A stretch of DNA of 64,000 nucleotides from an uncultured delta proteobacterium (GTDB lineage: Bacteria; Myxococcota_A; Polyangia; Fen-1088), in assembly GCA_963767925.1 (NCBI GenBank), contig CAVYGB010000002.1, positions 1,312,001 through 1,376,000 of the forward strand, read 5' to 3'. The notes beneath the pieces were generated by a model, which made no database searches, had not been told where the DNA came from, and saw nothing but the letters and a program-made list of their open reading frames with translations. Position 1 is the stretch's first letter. Every line of letters begins with the position of its first letter. A program made the position numbers and the translations under genes. Positions 41,242 to 54,543 of this stretch are shown piece by piece.

Positions 41242-42915
41242 ATGGACAAACGCACCCTCGTGGCCGTCGCGATCTGCATGGGGATCCTCCTTCTATGGTG
41301 GAAGATCTTCCCGCCGACGCCTCCGCCTGCTCCGCCCCCGCCGCCCGTGGCCGTTCAGCCGCAGGCGCCCTCCACCTCTGCGAGCGCGCCCGGCGTGCCC
41401 CCCACGGCAGGCGCTGCCGCCCCGGTCCCCACCGGCGGGACCGCAGCCGGCGGCACCGCCCCCACCCGGGGACCGGAGGAGCAGGTCATCCTGCGCGCCT
41501 CGGGCGCCCGCTTCGTGCTGTCGAGCTGGGGAGGGACCTTGCGCCAGGTCTACCTGGAAGAGCCGCACTTTCTGCGCGACAAGGCCGATCCGGCCAGCGG
41601 CTACCAGATCGTCGGCACGGTCGCGCCCGATCAGGCGCCGTTGCGTACGACCTTCTCCAAGGCGGACTTCACCTCGCCCGAGGCCGGGAGCTGGACCGTG
41701 CAGCGGCCGGCGGCCGACACGGTGCTGTTCCGGGCCGAAAACGCCCAGGTCGCCATCGAGAAGCGCTACAAGGTCGCGGGTCCTTACCGGATGTCGCTCG
41801 ACGTGACGGTGGAGAACCGCAGCAGCGGGCCGCTGTCGGGCAGCCTGGCCCTGCACCTCTACGGCAAGCAGGATCCGACCAAGCAGGCGGGCGGCTTCTG
41901 GGACATCGCCGAGGCCAACGTGGCCAGCCTGGTCTGCTTCGTCAACGACAAGGTGGAGCGGTCGACCATCGAGGGGGTGGTCAAGGAGCCAAAGGAGTTC
42001 CTCGGCCAGGTGCGCTGGCTGGCCGCCGATGACAAGTACTTCGCGGTGGCGGCCATCCCTCATCCGGACACGCCCGACGGACAGCGGAGCTGTGCCCAGC
42101 GGGCGCTCGACGGGCTGACCGGGGAGACGGTGTTGACCTTCGCCGGCCGGCAGGTGGCGGCGGGGGCCAAGGTCAGCTACCCGTTCACGGTCTTCGCCGG
42201 GCCGAAATACATCGATCATCTGCGCCAGGTGAAGCCCGGCGGGAACGAGATAGAGCTCGACCGGGTCGTCGACGTCACCTTCGCGGTGCTGTCGCGGCCC
42301 CTGCTCTACCTGTTGAAGGTCTTCCACGGCTGGGTCGGCAACTGGGGCCTGGCCATCGTCATGCTGACCTTGTTCGTCAAGCTGCTGACCTTCTACCCGA
42401 CACACCGGGCGATGATGTCGGGCAAGAAGATGCAGCGCCTGACGCCCAAGATGCAGGCCCTGCGCAAGAAGTTCGAGAACGACCGGCAGCGGCTGGGCGT
42501 CGAGACCATGAACCTCTACAAGCAGCACGGGGTCTCGCCCCTCGGTGGCTGCTTGCCGACGCTGATCACGATGCCGATCTGGATCGCGCTGTTCTCGACC
42601 CTCAACTATTCGGTCGAGCTGCACCGGGCGCCGTTCATCGGTTACATCCGGGACCTGTCGATCCGGGACCCCTACTTCATCACCCCGCTGCTGATGGGCG
42701 GGATCATGTTCCTGCAGATGCGCATGTCGCCGGCGGGGGCCGACCCGCAGCAGCAGAAGATGATGGCCATCATGATGCCGATCATGTTCACGGCCTTCTC
42801 GCTCTTCTTGCCGGCCGGGCTGGCGCTCTACACCTTGACCAACTCGTTGCTGGCCATCGTCCACCAGCTGTTCGTCAACCGGCTGGACAAGAAGCTGTCC
42901 GAAGGAGGCGCCTGA
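41242..42915 (+). CDS. yidC: Membrane protein insertase YidC
   Basis: GNWGLAIV.LT, PLGGCLP and DPYFI.P. Confidence 0.96.
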   Translation: MDKRTLVAVAICMGILLLWWKIFPPTPPPAPPPPPVAVQPQAPSTSASAPGVPPTAGAAAPVPTGGTAAGGTAPTRGPEEQVILRASGARFVLSSWGGTLRQVYLEEPHFLRDKADPASGYQIVGTVAPDQAPLRTTFSKADFTSPEAGSWTVQRPAADTVLFRAENAQVAIEKRYKVAGPYRMSLDVTVENRSSGPLSGSLALHLYGKQDPTKQAGGFWDIAEANVASLVCFVNDKVERSTIEGVVKEPKEFLGQVRWLAADDKYFAVAAIPHPDTPDGQRSCAQRALDGLTGETVLTFAGRQVAAGAKVSYPFTVFAGPKYIDHLRQVKPGGNEIELDRVVDVTFAVLSRPLLYLLKVFHGWVGNWGLAIVMLTLFVKLLTFYPTHRAMMSGKKMQRLTPKMQALRKKFENDRQRLGVETMNLYKQHGVSPLGGCLPTLITMPIWIALFSTLNYSVELHRAPFIGYIRDLSIRDPYFITPLLMGGIMFLQMRMSPAGADPQQQKMMAIMMPIMFTAFSLFLPAGLALYTLTNSLLAIVHQLFVNRLDKKLSEGGA

Positions 42916-42920
42916 ACGTC

Positions 42921-43193
42921 ATGGCCACCCGGGAAAACCTGACCGAGCTGGCGGCGAACCTGCGCGGCAGCCGCGAGCGGCTCGAGGCGACGGCCGATCG
43001 CGCGGCGGCGCTGCAGCGGCGCCTGCGCACCGACGCCCCCACCATCGTGTCGCTCGACAAGCTCAGCCGCAACGAGGGACCCCGCCCGGCGGCCCAGCCA
43101 GGCAAGCCGAGCACCGCGGAGCGCTTCGAGGGCGACGAGATCGCGATGGCCTCCGACGCCTGGGAGATCAGCCTCATCAACGAAGAGGGTTGA
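42921..43193 (+). CDS. Small coiled-coil hypothetical protein
   Basis: GGAGG at the end of yidC; 90-aa ORF in operon orientation. Confidence 0.55.
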   Translation: MATRENLTELAANLRGSRERLEATADRAAALQRRLRTDAPTIVSLDKLSRNEGPRPAAQPGKPSTAERFEGDEIAMASDAWEISLINEEG

Positions 43194-43268
43194 AGACCAG
43201 CGGCTGACCCTCGCGCCGCCCCGGCGCGGCTTGCGCGGGACCGTGACTCGATCGATGCTGGGTTTGCC

Positions 43269-43889
43269 ATGCGCGTGCGGCAACATGTCAACCCGCTGAA
43301 GTCGGACTACTTCACCATCGCCCCGGCGGCGGTGGTGGTGCCGGCGGGCATGGCGGTGGAGGTGGAGCTGGGGTCGGCCGAGGCCTGGTTCCTGATGGGA
43401 CGGGCGCAGCAGGAGCCGGGGACCCTGTTCGTGGGCGTGGAGATCCGGCGCGACCTCGTCGACAAGGCCAACCGGGACTGCGCCGAGGCGGGCATCCCCC
43501 GGGTGCAGAACGTGTTCGCCAACATGTCGGTGGACCTGCCGCGGCTGTTCGGCGAGGCGAGCGTGCGCCGGTTCTTCCTGAACTTCCCCGATCCCTACTT
43601 CAAGCGGCAGCAGCACAAGCGGCGGGTGCTGGCGCCGGCGCTGGTCGACGACCTGGCCCGGCTGCTCGAGCCCGGCGGCGAGATTCACGTCAACACCGAC
43701 ATCTTCGACCACGCCCTCGACGCCATGTTTCTGCTCGAGTCGGATCCCGGCCAGCGCTTCCACAACTTGCGGGCGCCCTGGAGCTTCCTCGATGGCAGCC
43801 GGTTCGCGGCCCGCTCGCGGCGCGAGCAGCAGTGCGAGCGGGAGGGGGCGCGGATCTGGCGGCTGGCCTACGGCCGGACCCGACCCTGA
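43269..43889 (+). CDS. trmB: tRNA (guanine-N7)-methyltransferase
   Basis: RVRQHVNPL, VELGS, GVEIR and NFPDPYFK...HKRR. Confidence 0.9.
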   Translation: MRVRQHVNPLKSDYFTIAPAAVVVPAGMAVEVELGSAEAWFLMGRAQQEPGTLFVGVEIRRDLVDKANRDCAEAGIPRVQNVFANMSVDLPRLFGEASVRRFFLNFPDPYFKRQQHKRRVLAPALVDDLARLLEPGGEIHVNTDIFDHALDAMFLLESDPGQRFHNLRAPWSFLDGSRFAARSRREQQCEREGARIWRLAYGRTRP

Positions 43890-44015
43890 CGGGGGAGCCG
43901 GTCGATCGCTCTGGACAATAACGCGCGTCAGGGGGTCTCATACCCGCCGGGGTCCTGACCGTGCGCGCTCTGCCGCTCCGGCGAGCCAGCGATCGCGGTC
44001 ACGGTTGCCAGGGCA

Positions 44016-46109
44016 ATGTCGACGACGCGGGCGCGAGGATGGTCAGCTAGCGCGGGCCGGGCAGGCTGGCGGAGCCGCGGTCTGACCGCCCTGGGGCTGG
44101 CCCTCCTGCTGGCCGGCTGTGGGTCGGTGGCAGCGGTCGAGGGGCAGGGCGACGGCGGCGGCCGCGACGGGCCCGGCGGGGGGCCGAGCGCCCTCGACGG
44201 CGGCCAGCTGGCGCCGCTGGGCGTGGCCTGCGAGCTGGCGGCCGAGTGCCTGAGCGGGTTCTGCACCGACGGCGTCTGCTGCGACGTCTCCTGCACGGGC
44301 GCCTGCGTCGCCTGCAACCAGGCCGAGCAGCTCGGCCGCTGCGCCCCCATGCCGGCCGGGGCCGCCGACCAGCACGGCGTCTGCGTGGCCGAGCCGGTGG
44401 CGAGCTGCGGGCTGAGCGGGTTCTGCAACGGCCAGGGCGGCTGCGCCAAGTTCAGCGCCGGCACGGTCTGTCGCCCCGCCAGCTGCAGCGACCCCCAGAG
44501 CTTCCTGCCCGCCAGCTTGTGCGACGGCGACGGGGCCTGCCGGCCCGGGACGGCGGTCTCCTGCGCCCCCTCGACCTGCGAGGCGGGGGCCTGCCTGGGG
44601 AGCTGCACCCGCGACGAGACCTGCGTGCCGCCGCAGACCTGCGTCTCGGGCACCTGCGGGCCCAAGGGTCTGGGCCAGGACTGCCTGTCGAGCGCGCAGT
44701 GTGGGTCCGGGTTCTGCGTCGACGGCGTCTGCTGCGAGAGCGCCTGCACCGGGCGCTGTTTTTACTGCGCCAACCCCGAGGCCCGGGGCAAGTGCACGCC
44801 CGGCAAGCCGGGGACGGTCGACCAGCGGGCGGCCCGGGGCGAGACCGACCCAACCCGGATCTGCGCCGACGGGGGCGCCGCCGCCTGCGCCCAGAACGGG
44901 CGCTGCGACGGGGCGGGCGGCTGCCAGCGCTACGCCGACGGCACCGTCTGCCGGCCGCCCCGCTGCGACGCCGCCGGCAACAGCGACACCGCGCCCGGCA
45001 CCTGCGGGGCGGGCGCCTGCCGGGTGCCGGCGAGCGGGAGCTGCGCGCCCTACCTGGGGTGCAGCGGCAGCCAGTGCCGGGGGAGCTGCGACAGCGACGG
45101 GCAGTGCGCGGCCGGGTTCGTCTGCCTGGCCGGCGGCACCTGCGGCAAGCGGCGCAACGGCGAGGCCTGCCTGCGCGCGCTCGAATGTATGAGCGGCACC
45201 TGCGCCCAGGGGCGCTGCTGCGCCACCGCCTGCACGGCGAGCTGCAAGTCCTGCGGGTTGCCCGGCATGGAGGGGACCTGCGCCAGCGTGGCGGCGGGGG
45301 GAGCCGATCCCACCGGGGCCTGCCGCGACGACGCCTGCTCGAACGGCTGCGACGGGGCGGGGGGGTGCCGCCGGGAGAGCGTGGGCACGATGTGCGGGGC
45401 GCCCGGCTGCGGCCCGGGCGACAGCATCGCCACCCGGGTGTGCAACGGCGGCGGGGTGTGCGAGACGCGGACCATGCCCGGCCCGTCCTGCGGCCGCTGC
45501 GGGGGCACCACCTTGTGCGACGGGGGCTGCAGCCGGCCCACGCCGCCCAACCTCGACGCCGCCTGCGGCCGCTGCGGGGGCAAGATCCGCTGCGACGCCC
45601 GCTGCAGCGTCGACGACCCGCCCGGCCTGGGCGACCGCTGCGGCTCGGCCGGGGCCATCGACTGCAGCGGCGGCTGCCGGGGGCCCCTGTTTCGCCTGTA
45701 TCACCCGGGGGTCGACGACCATTTTTACACGATGTCGGCCGGCGAGCGCGACCAGGCGGTGGCCCAGTTCGGCTACACCTCCGAGGGGGTGGCGGGTTTG
45801 CTCTACGAGGGCCGGGTGGCGGGGACGACGCCGCTGTTCCGCCTCTACCACGGCCCCACCGGGGACCACTTTTACACGGCGTCGGCCGAGGAGCGGGACC
45901 GGGCGGTGGGGGAGTTCGGCTACGCGCTCGAGGGGACCACCGGGTTCATCCACACCGACCAGGCGGCGGGGACCATCCCCCTGTTCCGGCTGTACAGCGG
46001 CGCGGCCGGCGACCATTTCTACACGGCGTCGGCCGAGGAGCGGGACCGGGCGGTGGCCCAGTTCGGCTACGTCTTCGAGGGCGTGACCGGCTTCGTGTTT
46101 CCGCCCTGA
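44016..46109 (+). CDS. Cys-rich repeat lipoprotein with three C-terminal LFRLY...DHFYT repeats (DUF5648-like)
   Basis: LAGC lipobox; C.SG.C.DGVCC repeats; 3x PLFRLY....DHFYT....ERD.AV..FGY..EG. Confidence 0.82.
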   Translation: MSTTRARGWSASAGRAGWRSRGLTALGLALLLAGCGSVAAVEGQGDGGGRDGPGGGPSALDGGQLAPLGVACELAAECLSGFCTDGVCCDVSCTGACVACNQAEQLGRCAPMPAGAADQHGVCVAEPVASCGLSGFCNGQGGCAKFSAGTVCRPASCSDPQSFLPASLCDGDGACRPGTAVSCAPSTCEAGACLGSCTRDETCVPPQTCVSGTCGPKGLGQDCLSSAQCGSGFCVDGVCCESACTGRCFYCANPEARGKCTPGKPGTVDQRAARGETDPTRICADGGAAACAQNGRCDGAGGCQRYADGTVCRPPRCDAAGNSDTAPGTCGAGACRVPASGSCAPYLGCSGSQCRGSCDSDGQCAAGFVCLAGGTCGKRRNGEACLRALECMSGTCAQGRCCATACTASCKSCGLPGMEGTCASVAAGGADPTGACRDDACSNGCDGAGGCRRESVGTMCGAPGCGPGDSIATRVCNGGGVCETRTMPGPSCGRCGGTTLCDGGCSRPTPPNLDAACGRCGGKIRCDARCSVDDPPGLGDRCGSAGAIDCSGGCRGPLFRLYHPGVDDHFYTMSAGERDQAVAQFGYTSEGVAGLLYEGRVAGTTPLFRLYHGPTGDHFYTASAEERDRAVGEFGYALEGTTGFIHTDQAAGTIPLFRLYSGAAGDHFYTASAEERDRAVAQFGYVFEGVTGFVFPP

Positions 46110-46122
46110 GGACTGCCGCCGC

Positions 46123-46479
46123 AGACCCCTCACCCCTCCCTCTCCCCGCTGCCGCGGGGCGAGGGCGAACAGGCGGTGGTGGGCGTCGATCAATGTCCGA
46201 GGTGAGGATCCGAGGCGGCGGATTCGTCGGAGATTTTGGCATTCCCTCGACCGTTCGCCCTGGCCCCGCGAAGCGGGGAGAGGGAGGGGTGAGGGGTCTG
46301 CGGGGGCGGATTCGTCGGAGATTTTGGCATTCCCTCGACCGTTCGCCCTGGCCCCGCGAAGCGGGGAGAGGGAGGGGTGAGGGGTCTGCGGGGGCGGATT
46401 CGTCGGAGATTTTGGCATTCCCTCGACCGTTCGCCCTCGCCCCGCGAAGCGGGGAGAGGGAGGGGTGAGGGGTCTGCGG
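46123..46479. repeat. REP-like cluster: one forward element plus three 88-bp tandem units carrying the inverted element
   Basis: Units start at 46218, 46306 and 46394 (GCGGATTCGTCGGAGATTTTGGCATTCCCTCGACCGTTCGCCC...GAGGGGTCTGCGG); lies between convergent genes. Confidence 0.9.
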
Positions 46480-46496
46480 ACGAGCGTGGGCGGGTG

Positions 46497-48510
46497 CTAC
46501 ATGACGAGGGCGAGCTCTTCGAGCTGCTTGATGCGGTCGCGGACGGCGGCGGCTTTTTCGAACTCGAGGGCCTCGGCCAGGTCGAACATCTCCTTCTTGA
46601 GCTGCTCGATGAGCGGCGGGGATCTCGTCGGGGGAGAGCTGCTTCTTGCCCTTCTTGCCGCCGCCGGGAGCTGCCACTTGCCGAGGTCGACGAAGTCGTC
46701 CTGGGGGCTGCCGGCCAGGTCGTGGATCGCCTTCTGGATGGTGGTGGGGGTGATGCCGTGCTCGAGGTTGTAGCTCTCCTGCAGGGCCCGGCGCCGGCTG
46801 GTCTCGCTGATGGCCTTCTTCATCGACTCGGTCTCGCGATCGGCGTACATGATGACCTTGCCCCGGATGTTGCGGGCGGCCCGGCCGATGGTCTGGATCA
46901 GCGAGCGCTCGGCCCGCAGAAACCCCTCCTTGTCGGCGTCGAGGATCGCCACCAGCGAGACCTCGGGCAGGTCGAGGCCCTCGCGCAGCAGGTTGATCCC
47001 CACCAGCACGTCGAACTCGCCCAGGCGCAGGTCGCGCAGGATGGCGATGCGCTCGAGGGTGTCGATGTCCGAGTGCAGGTAGCGCACCCGCACCCCCAGC
47101 TCGGCGTAATATTCGGTGAGGTCCTCGGCCATGCGCTTGGTCAAGGTGGTGACCAGCACCCGCTCGTTGATCTTGACCCGCTCGCGCACCTCGCCCAGCA
47201 GATCGTCGACCTGGGAGGCCACCGGCCGGATCTCGATCTCGGGGTCGAGCAGCCCGGTCGGGCGGATCATCTGCTCGACCACCACCCCCTGGGCTGGCGT
47301 CGAGCTCGTACTCCCCGGGCGTGGCCGACACGTAGATCGCCTGGGTGGCGCGCTCGCGCCACTCCTCGAAGCTGCAGGGGGCGGTTGTCCATGGCCGAGG
47401 GCAGGCGAAAGCCGTATTCGACCAGGGTCTCCTTGCGCGAGCGGTCGCCCTTGTACATCGGCCGAGATCTGCGGGATGGTCTGGTGGGACTCGTCGACCA
47501 TCAGCAGGTAGTCCTTGGGGAAGTAGTCGATCAGGGTGGGCGGCGGCTCGCCGGGCGCCCGGCCCGACAGGTGGCGCGAGTAGTTCTCGATCCCCTTGCA
47601 GCGGCCCATCTGCTCCAGCATCTCGAGGTCGTAGAGGGTGCGCTGCTGCAGGCGCTGCTCCTCGACCAGCTTGTTCTGGTCTGTGCAGCTCGACCAGGCG
47701 CTCGCGCAGCTCCTCCTTGATGCCGTTCATGGCCCGCACCAGCTCGGTGGCGGGGGTGACGTAGTGCGAGCCGGGGAAGATCGACACCTCGTCGACCTTG
47801 CGCAGGACCTTGCCGCGCAGGGGGTCGACCTCCGAGATCGATCTCGATCTCGTCGCCCCACCACTCGATGCGGATGGCCCGCTCGCGCTCGTAGGCCGGG
47901 AAGACCTCGACCACGTCGCCTCGCACCCGGAAGGTGCCGCGGGAGAAGTCGACGTCGTTGCGCTCGTAGTGGATCTCGACGAGCCGGCGCAGGACCGCGT
48001 CGCGCCGCACCTCCACCCCCGCCGCCAGGTCGAGCTTCATGCGCCAGGTAAGCCTCGGCCGCCCCGATGCCGAAGATGCAGGAGACCGAGGCCACGATGA
48101 TCACGTCGCGCCGGGTGAGCAGCGCGATAGGTGCCGGCGTGGCGCATGCGATCGATCTCCTCGTTGATCAGCGAGTCCTTCTCGATGTAGGTGTCGGTGG
48201 TGGGGACGTAGGCCTCGGGCTGGTAGTAGTCGTAGTAGCTGACGAAGTAGTGGATGGCGTTGTCGGGGAAGAGCTGCTTGAACTCGAGGTAGAGCTGGTG
48301 GGCCAGGGTCTTGTTGTGGGCGATCACCAGGGTCGGCCGCTGCAGCTGCTCGACCATGTGGGCCATGGTGAAGGTCTTGCCGCTGCCCGTGATCCCCAGC
48401 AGCACCTGGGCCGGATCGCCGCGTCTGACGCCGGCCACGAGCTCCTGGATGGCGACGGGCTGGTCGCCCCGGGGCACGAGGTCGGTCTTGAGGGTAAAGG
48501 GCGTGGGCAT
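46497..48510 (-). CDS. uvrB: Excinuclease ABC subunit B (several frameshifts)
   Basis: [45 protein letters not shown] and LEFEKAA..RD. Confidence 0.95.
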
Positions 48511-48647
48511 GGAGGTCGGGACCCGATCAGCCGGCAAGCGTAGCGCAGGTTCCCTGTCCGCCCACGGTCAGGTTTGTCCGGGCCGCCGTGGGTGCGGCGG
48601 ACGCCTGCCGGGGGTTCTGACTACATGTGTGCGCTATAGTGTAGCGG

Positions 48648-49373
48648 ATGGCCTTGCCGCTCCACGGTAACCAGCGCACGCCCGGTCCGGAACGGCGCGG
48701 CCACGTCATCCGCGGGTATTACGCGATCCTCGACGTCCGGGTCCGGCCCGGCGCCGAGGAGCCGGTCGAGGTGGCGACCGAGGTCATGCGGGCCGAGCAG
48801 CTCCTGGCGGCGCGGCCCTGCTGTCTGCAGCTTCGCGCCAAGCACCTGCCCGTGCGCCCCCTGCTGGAGCTGGCCACCCGGCTGGCCCCCCTGTGCCGCC
48901 AGGCGGGGGTGCCCTTCTGCGTGAACGACCGGCTCGATCTGGCCCTGGTGGTGCGGGCCGACGTGGTCCACCTGGGGCAAGACGACCTGTCGCTGGCCGA
49001 CGCCCGCCGGGTGCTGGCCACCCTGGGCCACAACGTGATCGTCGGCGTCTCGACCCACTCGCTGGCCCAGGCCCGGGCGGCGGTCGAGGCCGGCGCGGAC
49101 TACATCGGCTTCGGGCCGGTCTTCGCCACCGGGAGCAAGGAGCGGCCCGATCCGGTGGTGGGGCTCGAGGGGCTGCGCGCGGTGACGGCGGCGGTGCCGG
49201 TGCCGGTTGTCGCGATCGGCGGTATCCGTCGGATCAACATCCCCCAGATCGTGGCGGCGGGTGCGGCGGCGGCGGCGGTCATCGCCGACATCGAAAACGC
49301 AGAAGACCGCCTCGCGGCCGCCCGCGAGGTGAGCGCCGCCTTCGGGAGCAGAACGTATGAACGATCAGCTTAG
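48648..49373 (+). CDS. thiE: Thiamine-phosphate synthase
   Basis: QLRAK, VNDRLD, VHLGQDD, GVSTHS, GPVFAT.SK and AIGGI; start uncertain. Confidence 0.92.
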   Translation: MALPLHGNQRTPGPERRGHVIRGYYAILDVRVRPGAEEPVEVATEVMRAEQLLAARPCCLQLRAKHLPVRPLLELATRLAPLCRQAGVPFCVNDRLDLALVVRADVVHLGQDDLSLADARRVLATLGHNVIVGVSTHSLAQARAAVEAGADYIGFGPVFATGSKERPDPVVGLEGLRAVTAAVPVPVVAIGGIRRINIPQIVAAGAAAAAVIADIENAEDRLAAAREVSAAFGSRTYERSA

Positions 49374-49869
49374 TGGTCAGATGGTCGGCGACGTGGTCCG
49401 GGCGCGGGCCCGCCGGCTGCGCCGGGGGTGTCAGGTGGCCGGGGCGGCGCTCCTCGTGCTGGTGGCCGGGCTCTCCTCCCCCTCCTGCGCCAACGACGAC
49501 TTCACCGTCGACCGGACGATGCGCCCGGCGCCGGGGCCCAACCCCTTCGTCGACGCTGGCGCCGACGCCGAGGAGTCGTATTGCCCGGCCCAGGTGCCGA
49601 AGATCGGCGAGAACTGCCCCTCGGACATGGAGAACCTGATCCGCTGCAGCTTCGTCGTCGGGGTCTGTGAATATCAGGCGAGCAGCTACGACATCACGGT
49701 CGACTACTGCTGCTCGCGCGGCACGGTCTGGGACACCTGCGGGACCAACACGACCCCCTGTGATCGCGACCCCGACGCGGCCGCGCCCGATCCGGTGATC
49801 CCGCCCGACGCGGGCCCGCGCCCCGACGCCCGGACCGACGCCGCCCCGGACGTCAGCCCCGACGCCTGA
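49357..49869 (+). CDS. Small Cys-rich lipoprotein
   Basis: Hydrophobic segment then SPSC; Cys-rich domain; PDA-repeat tail. Confidence 0.6.
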   Translation: MNDQLSGQMVGDVVRARARRLRRGCQVAGAALLVLVAGLSSPSCANDDFTVDRTMRPAPGPNPFVDAGADAEESYCPAQVPKIGENCPSDMENLIRCSFVVGVCEYQASSYDITVDYCCSRGTVWDTCGTNTTPCDRDPDAAAPDPVIPPDAGPRPDARTDAAPDVSPDA

Positions 49870-50040
49870 GCTGGCGCGCGGTTCGCCCGCGCCCACTCGC
49901 CTGCTCCGCCCTGGTGCTGTCTGACGCGTGGCCTCCGGCCGCTTCTCCGGAACGTCACAGGAGTGTTTCGGAGTCCTTGCGCCTGGCTCCGGGGACCCGT
50001 CTACATTTTTGGCAATAACAACAAAGAGCGAGATTGCCAA

Positions 50041-50154
50041 ATGAAGCTGGCGAATGTGGTGCTGGGGGGGAGCGAGGCGAGACCGTGGACGGCCTGGCTC
50101 GTGACCCTCTTCGAAGTGACCGTGGTCCTGGCGCTGCTGCTGACCCGGGACTGA
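50041..50154 (+). CDS. Putative 37-aa single-TM small protein
   Basis: ATG follows an AT-rich palindromic patch; hydrophobic C-terminus; weak RBS. Confidence 0.35.
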   Translation: MKLANVVLGGSEARPWTAWLVTLFEVTVVLALLLTRD

Positions 50155-50209
50155 GCGTGCCGGGGCGGCCGTCGGGCCGCCCCGGGCCGGGTGGGCGGCC
50201 GCGCCTGGA

Positions 50210-50917
50210 TCAGCCGGTCTCGTCGGGGCGGCCGACGAAGCGGTAGCCGACGCCGCGGACGGTCTCGATGTAGTCGCCGGCGCGGCCGAGCTTCTCGCGC
50301 AGGCGCTTGACGTGGGTGTCGACGGTGCGGGTGGCCATCTCGGCGCTGGCGCCCCACACGTCCTCGAGCAACGAGCCGCGGGTCTGCACCCGGTCGCGCC
50401 GGTCGTACAGCGTGCCGAGCAGCTTGAACTCGAGGGCGGTCAGCTGCACCTCGGCGTCCTCGACCCAGGCCCGGTGGGCGCTGCGGTCCATCAGCAGGCA
50501 GCCGAAGCGGATGGGGCCCTCGCCCTCGGCCACCGGCACGGGCGGGGCGGCCCGCCGGCGCAGCACCGCCTGCACCCGCAGCAGCAGCTCGCGCGTGCTG
50601 AAGGGCTTGACCACGTAGTCGTCGGCCCCCAGCTCGAAGCCGACCACCCGGTCGATCTCCTCGCCCTTGGCGGTCACCATCATGACCTGGGCGTCGCGGG
50701 TGTGGGCGTGGCTCTTCAGGATCCGGCAGACGTCGAGGCCCGACGAGTCGGGCAACATGATGTCGAGCAGGACCAGGTCGGGCCGGCGCTCGCGGGCCAG
50801 GGCCAGGCCGGTGGCGGCGTCGGCGGCAGAGAACACCTCGTAGCCGGCGCCCTTGAGGTTGTACTCGAGCAGCTCGCGCAGATCGGTTTCGTCTTCGATG
50901 ACGAGCACGCGGGCCAT
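50210..50917 (-). CDS. OmpR/PhoB-family response regulator
   Basis: VLVIEDE, LLDIMLP, GADDYVVKPFS and RTVDTHVKRLREKL..IETVRGVGY. Confidence 0.93.
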   Translation of the reverse strand: MARVLVIEDETDLRELLEYNLKGAGYEVFSAADAATGLALARERRPDLVLLDIMLPDSSGLDVCRILKSHAHTRDAQVMMVTAKGEEIDRVVGFELGADDYVVKPFSTRELLLRVQAVLRRRAAPPVPVAEGEGPIRFGCLLMDRSAHRAWVEDAEVQLTALEFKLLGTLYDRRDRVQTRGSLLEDVWGASAEMATRTVDTHVKRLREKLGRAGDYIETVRGVGYRFVGRPDETG

Positions 50918-50942
50918 GGGTTCTCGGGGGACTCGGGCCACG

Positions 50943-54402
<3,460 letters not shown>

Positions 54403-54543
54403 ACTGTTTCCCGGGCCGGAACCTACACGGGCGGGCCGCCGGGTTCCACCACCGGTTTGTACCCCCTGCCGCCGGCCGCGCGTCAGAGGGTGACCTGAGT
54501 ATTTCTGGTGTCGCGGGCGCGGGCGGGTATAAGGGCGGGCTCC

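Noticed and set aside
44043..46418. 791-aa minus-strand ORF and 740-aa alternative-frame ORF
   Set aside because: Shadows of the Cys-rich lipoprotein that run into non-coding repeats
46218..46479. Possible CRISPR array
   Set aside because: The whole 88-bp unit repeats almost identically and contains the REP-like palindrome
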